DNA of 64,000 nucleotides from Mycobacteriales bacterium (GTDB lineage Bacteria; Actinomycetota; Actinomycetes; Mycobacteriales; SCTD01): NCBI GenBank assembly GCA_035714445.1, contig DASTLY010000067.1, positions 9,498 to 73,497 of the forward strand, read 5' to 3'. Shown piece by piece: positions 61,801 to 64,000 of this stretch (position 1 is its first letter; each line of letters starts with the position of its first letter). The notes under the pieces were generated by a model. It saw only the letters and a program-made list of their open reading frames with translations, ran no database searches and was not told where the DNA came from. The position numbers and the translations under genes were made by a program.

Positions 61801-63142
61801 CGAGGGAGGCAGGGTCCGCCGGCTGCACGCTGACCAGGGCGCCGCGCACGTCGAGGACCCAGGCGCTGGTCAGGTCCGGGTGCGAGGCCTGCAGGGAGAC
61901 CATGTGGCGGCCGAGGCCCGGCAGGTCGGTGGGCTGCTCGCCGGCCATGGCGGCGACGAGCGACGGACGGGTGGCGTAGGAGGTGACCAGCTTGCCGATG
62001 CCGTCCAGCTGCTCCTGGACGTACTCCGCGCTGACGGCGGCGGTGACCGTCATGCGCTCCCGCACGTCGTCCTCGAGCGCCCGGCGGGACTCGTGCACCG
62101 TCAGGACCGACAGCCCGGCGATGGGCAGCAGCGCCAGCACCACGAAGCCCGCGGTGGAGCGGACCAGGGCCTGGCGCACCGCGGCCCTCGTCGACGCCGT
62201 CTTGCCCGTGCCGGCGACCACGGCACCGCGCGCTATGGCCAGGACGGTCATGGCGATGGACCCGACCGCCACGAGGACGACGTCGTCGAAACTGCCCTGC
62301 ACCGCCCGGACGACCAGGAGCACCGGCAGCGGGACGACGGCGACCGCCACCAGCACGCGCCCGGACCACTTCCGGTCGCGCAGGTGCCCGGACGCGACGG
62401 TCTCCCACGGCAGCAGGGCGGCCACGGCCAGCAGCGCGTAGCCCACGAGCCACAGCAGGAAGACCGGGGCGCCGAAGCGGAACGTCCCGTCGAGCAGGAA
62501 CAGCGCGTAGCCGGTGTCCGCGGCGGCCTGCATGCCTGCCCAGGCCATGAGGGCGCCCCCGCGGGCGCCGCCGTACCCGCCGAACACGAGCCGGGCGGCG
62601 ATGGCGAAGATCAGCACGTCCAGGACCGGGTAGGCGCTGGCGATCAGGCGCTGCACCGCCGACAGGTCGGCCGCGTGCGAGGACGGGGCGATGACCAGCA
62701 CCCAGGCGAGAACCCCCAGGCCGACGGTCAGGGCTCCCGCGTCCAGGGTCGCTACCACCGCACGTCGGCCGTGCAACCGCCCGAGCGCCAGCAGGGCCAC
62801 CAGGCAGAGGCCGTAGCCGGTCAGGAACGCCACGTCCCCGGCGACCGTTTCGCCGTACGGCGTGAGGTACCAGATCGTCCAGCCCGCCGCGGAGAACGCC
62901 TGTCCGACGGCGAGGGCGTACCAGGCCGCGGCGCGGTCCGGCCGGCGCAGCCGCGTCGTGGCCGCGAGCAGCACCGCCGTGAGCAGCGGGAGCAGGGCCA
63001 GCAGCACGGAGCGCACGCGGGCACCGTCGAGCACGAAGAACGCGAGGACGCCCGCGGCGTACACCCCGACCGTGATCGCCAGCGCCCGGGCGTGCAGGGG
63101 CGCCCGGGGGGCAGTCGGGTCAGTCGACTGCTGTCGTGGCAC
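58868..63142 (-). CDS. large hybrid sensor histidine kinase (multi-TM, Cache-like, PAS, HisKA, HATPase_c, two REC, C-terminal Hpt; 1424 aa)
   Basis: About 9 N-terminal TM helices. Cache-like FSFRDYYKGA. PAS region GDAYVSIDGDGLVTGWNEQA. H-box [27 protein letters not shown] and GGTGLGLTIS. REC1 VLVVDDNPTN...LDMHMPGTDG. REC2 VLVAEDNVVNQ...MDCQMPQLDG. Hpt motif RLAHALAGSS. GTG 63142. Confidence 0.85.
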   Translation of the reverse strand: MPRQQSTDPTAPRAPLHARALAITVGVYAAGVLAFFVLDGARVRSVLLALLPLLTAVLLAATTRLRRPDRAAAWYALAVGQAFSAAGWTIWYLTPYGETVAGDVAFLTGYGLCLVALLALGRLHGRRAVVATLDAGALTVGLGVLAWVLVIAPSSHAADLSAVQRLIASAYPVLDVLIFAIAARLVFGGYGGARGGALMAWAGMQAAADTGYALFLLDGTFRFGAPVFLLWLVGYALLAVAALLPWETVASGHLRDRKWSGRVLVAVAVVPLPVLLVVRAVQGSFDDVVLVAVGSIAMTVLAIARGAVVAGTGKTASTRAAVRQALVRSTAGFVVLALLPIAGLSVLTVHESRRALEDDVRERMTVTAAVSAEYVQEQLDGIGKLVTSYATRPSLVAAMAGEQPTDLPGLGRHMVSLQASHPDLTSAWVLDVRGALVSVQPADPASLGRDFSFRDYYKGAVGSDAAFVSPAFTAVTAGSPRAVGVSAAVRDEGRLVGVVTVGYRLDAISAFSDRLAELQGVHLAVADQQGQLLAGGQGGRGSLSTPLDSLVRAALEEPAATLHLGSGNGAGLVSYRTVGELGWAVVAELPTSRALSAATALAARVVAAAVLLAQLLLIGLVLAVRADSRRRIVEVTLGEREGHLSGVLEAAGDAYVSIDGDGLVTGWNEQATAVFGHHRDAALGADLAELVVPVGSRAAHRAGVARVGAGGAGRLLGLRTEVEALHADGHQFPAEITLWPSGTATAPSFSAFVRDLTQVKQQERVLADAHEGALVASRLKSEFVANMSHEIRTPMNGVLGMTTLLQDTDLDPLQRDYVETVGSCAESLLVVIDDILDFSKIEAGRLDLESVDLELRPLVEEVVGLLASTAGARGLEVVAWVDPALPRHVHGDPHRLRQVLSNLVGNAVKYTERGEIVVHLVPAAPGWVRWSVRDSGIGITPEQQTRLFEAFQQADASTTRRYGGTGLGLTISRQLVELMGGRLDVESTAGAGSTFFFELPLPAVTAPVPAEPARLSLAGVRVLVVDDNPTNLTVMHEYLSAASLIPTCVADARSAMDELLGALQLGAPYDVAILDMHMPGTDGLQLAAAIRAQPDLARLPMALLTSTGQRGERAAARRAGIGAYLIKPVRQAQLFDRLAGLLSGDDEGGARAAGAGAPVRLAVAAGRVLVAEDNVVNQRVVTAMLEQLGYVVDLAPDGLVAVERALARRYDAVLMDCQMPQLDGFEATRRIRAADGATATTPVIGLTASALAVDRQHCQEAGMDDFLSKPLRREALAEVLLRWTTPAPGQIPAHSLTVAVPSPPVGALDHDVLAEMLTLGQGFLAVVDAYLAAAPDLLDDLAAAATGGDSAQTGRLAHALAGSSSCVAAHRVAAGSHAMEQAARRGVAATAADVAQLRQEHEGAASALRDAVAALRPSAASAVS

Positions 63143-63219
63143 GTGCCCTCCTCGTCGACGTCCTCCGCAAGGACCTCGGCACGGGAGGGCGGGAACTTGC
63201 GCCCTTGCGCGGGTGACGT

Positions 63220-64000
63220 TCAGCCCTGCGCTGCCGCCCCGCTCGCGTTCGCCGTCCGGCAGAGTCGGGCGTAGACGTCCTGGTGCCGCCGGGCGGACTG
63301 CTGCCAGGTGAACCGGCCGGCGACGGCACGCCCCGCCGCGACCAGCCGCCCCCGCAGCTCGTCGTCGAACAGGGCCGCGCGCAGGGCGGCCGCGAGCGCG
63401 GGCACGTCGCCGACCGACACCAGCAGCGCGTCGCGGCCGGCGACGAGGTACTCCCGGAAGACGGGCAGGTCGCTGGTCACCACCGGCACGCCGGCGCTCA
63501 TGGCCTCGAGCACCGCCAGCCCGAAGCCCTCCTTCACCGACGGGAACGCCAGCACGTCGGCGGCGGCGTACCAGGCGGGCATGTCCTCGTCCGGCACGGT
63601 CCCGACGGCGACGACGTCCACGCCCAGCCCGAGGCCGAGCCGGGGCAGCTCGGCGAGCACAGCCTCCTTGTACGCCCGGTGGTCCTGGAACGAGTGGCCG
63701 CCGACCACGGCGAGCACGGGCCGCACCCCCTCGCGAGCGAGCAGCGACACGGCCCGGACCAGCGAGTCGCTGCCCTTGCGCGGCTCGATCCCGCCGACGG
63801 CCAGCAGCAGCGGCCGGTCCGCGGCACCGACCGAGCGGCGCAGCTGCGCGGACCGACCGGGCGACGCCGAGGCGTAGCGCTCGACGTCGACGCCGTTGGG
63901 GACGACCTGCGCCGCCACGCCGTAGTCCGCAGCCAGCGTCCGTCGCCAGACCTCGGTCACGGCGAGCACGACGTCCGGCTCGAGGATCGCCTCGCGCTGG
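63220..64000 (-). CDS. glycosyltransferase family 4 (GT-B fold), C-terminal part; N-terminus lies beyond the window
   Basis: GT4 motifs GGIEPRKG, FPSVKEGFGLAVLEAMSAGVPVV. The frame stays open to nt 64000. Confidence 0.8.
   Translation of the reverse strand, partial: QREAILEPDVVLAVTEVWRRTLAADYGVAAQVVPNGVDVERYASASPGRSAQLRRSVGAADRPLLLAVGGIEPRKGSDSLVRAVSLLAREGVRPVLAVVGGHSFQDHRAYKEAVLAELPRLGLGLGVDVVAVGTVPDEDMPAWYAAADVLAFPSVKEGFGLAVLEAMSAGVPVVTSDLPVFREYLVAGRDALLVSVGDVPALAAALRAALFDDELRGRLVAAGRAVAGRFTWQQSARRHQDVYARLCRTANASGAAAQG

Overview
High-GC actinobacterial chromosomal segment. Hand counts of a few 120-nt stretches give about 75-78 % G+C in typical genes. It is densely coding, with about 55 protein genes and one tRNA. 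I saw no rRNA, CRISPR array, integrase or transposase. Many long ORFs in the track are R/P/G/A-rich off-frame or antisense artefacts of the GC content and were discarded. Left part: an S8 protease, a hybrid histidine kinase, and a complete mycofactocin cluster (mftR divergent from mftA-B-C-D-E, an SDR, and mftF). Its 39-aa precursor gene mftA is too short to appear in the ORF track. Centre and right: a housekeeping backbone that, from memory, is syntenic with M. tuberculosis Rv2464c-Rv2478c (nei, rpiB, DsbA-like, pepN, DUF5130, glbO, ettA, ssb paralogue). This backbone is interrupted by accessory DNA carrying two multi-gene systems. (i) A four-gene cassette at 21.2-24.2 kb: a small WXG100-like protein, a 449-aa protein with a T7SS-substrate-like N-terminal helical domain plus a transmembrane core, and two paralogous downstream proteins. 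(ii) A translationally coupled five-gene operon at 26.3-36.3 kb: WGR-DUF4132 giant protein, MoxR-like AAA+ ATPase, DUF5682 protein with a TraB/TIKI-like N-terminal motif, vWA protein, and SWIM zinc-finger protein. I consider this operon the best candidate for an uncharacterised biological system. Other points: a 191-aa minimal ligase-like nucleotidyltransferase; two DUF222-HNH genes, one with a 15-nt coding tandem repeat; and a Sel1/TPR gene with an apparent 2-nt deletion. There are also DnaA-box motifs upstream of the ssb paralogue, a lower-GC islet next to tRNA-Arg(TCT), a monothiol CPWA variant of the DsbA-like protein, and two paralogous orphan hybrid kinases, one with an Hpt domain. All family assignments come from motif recognition by eye. 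No database search was run.
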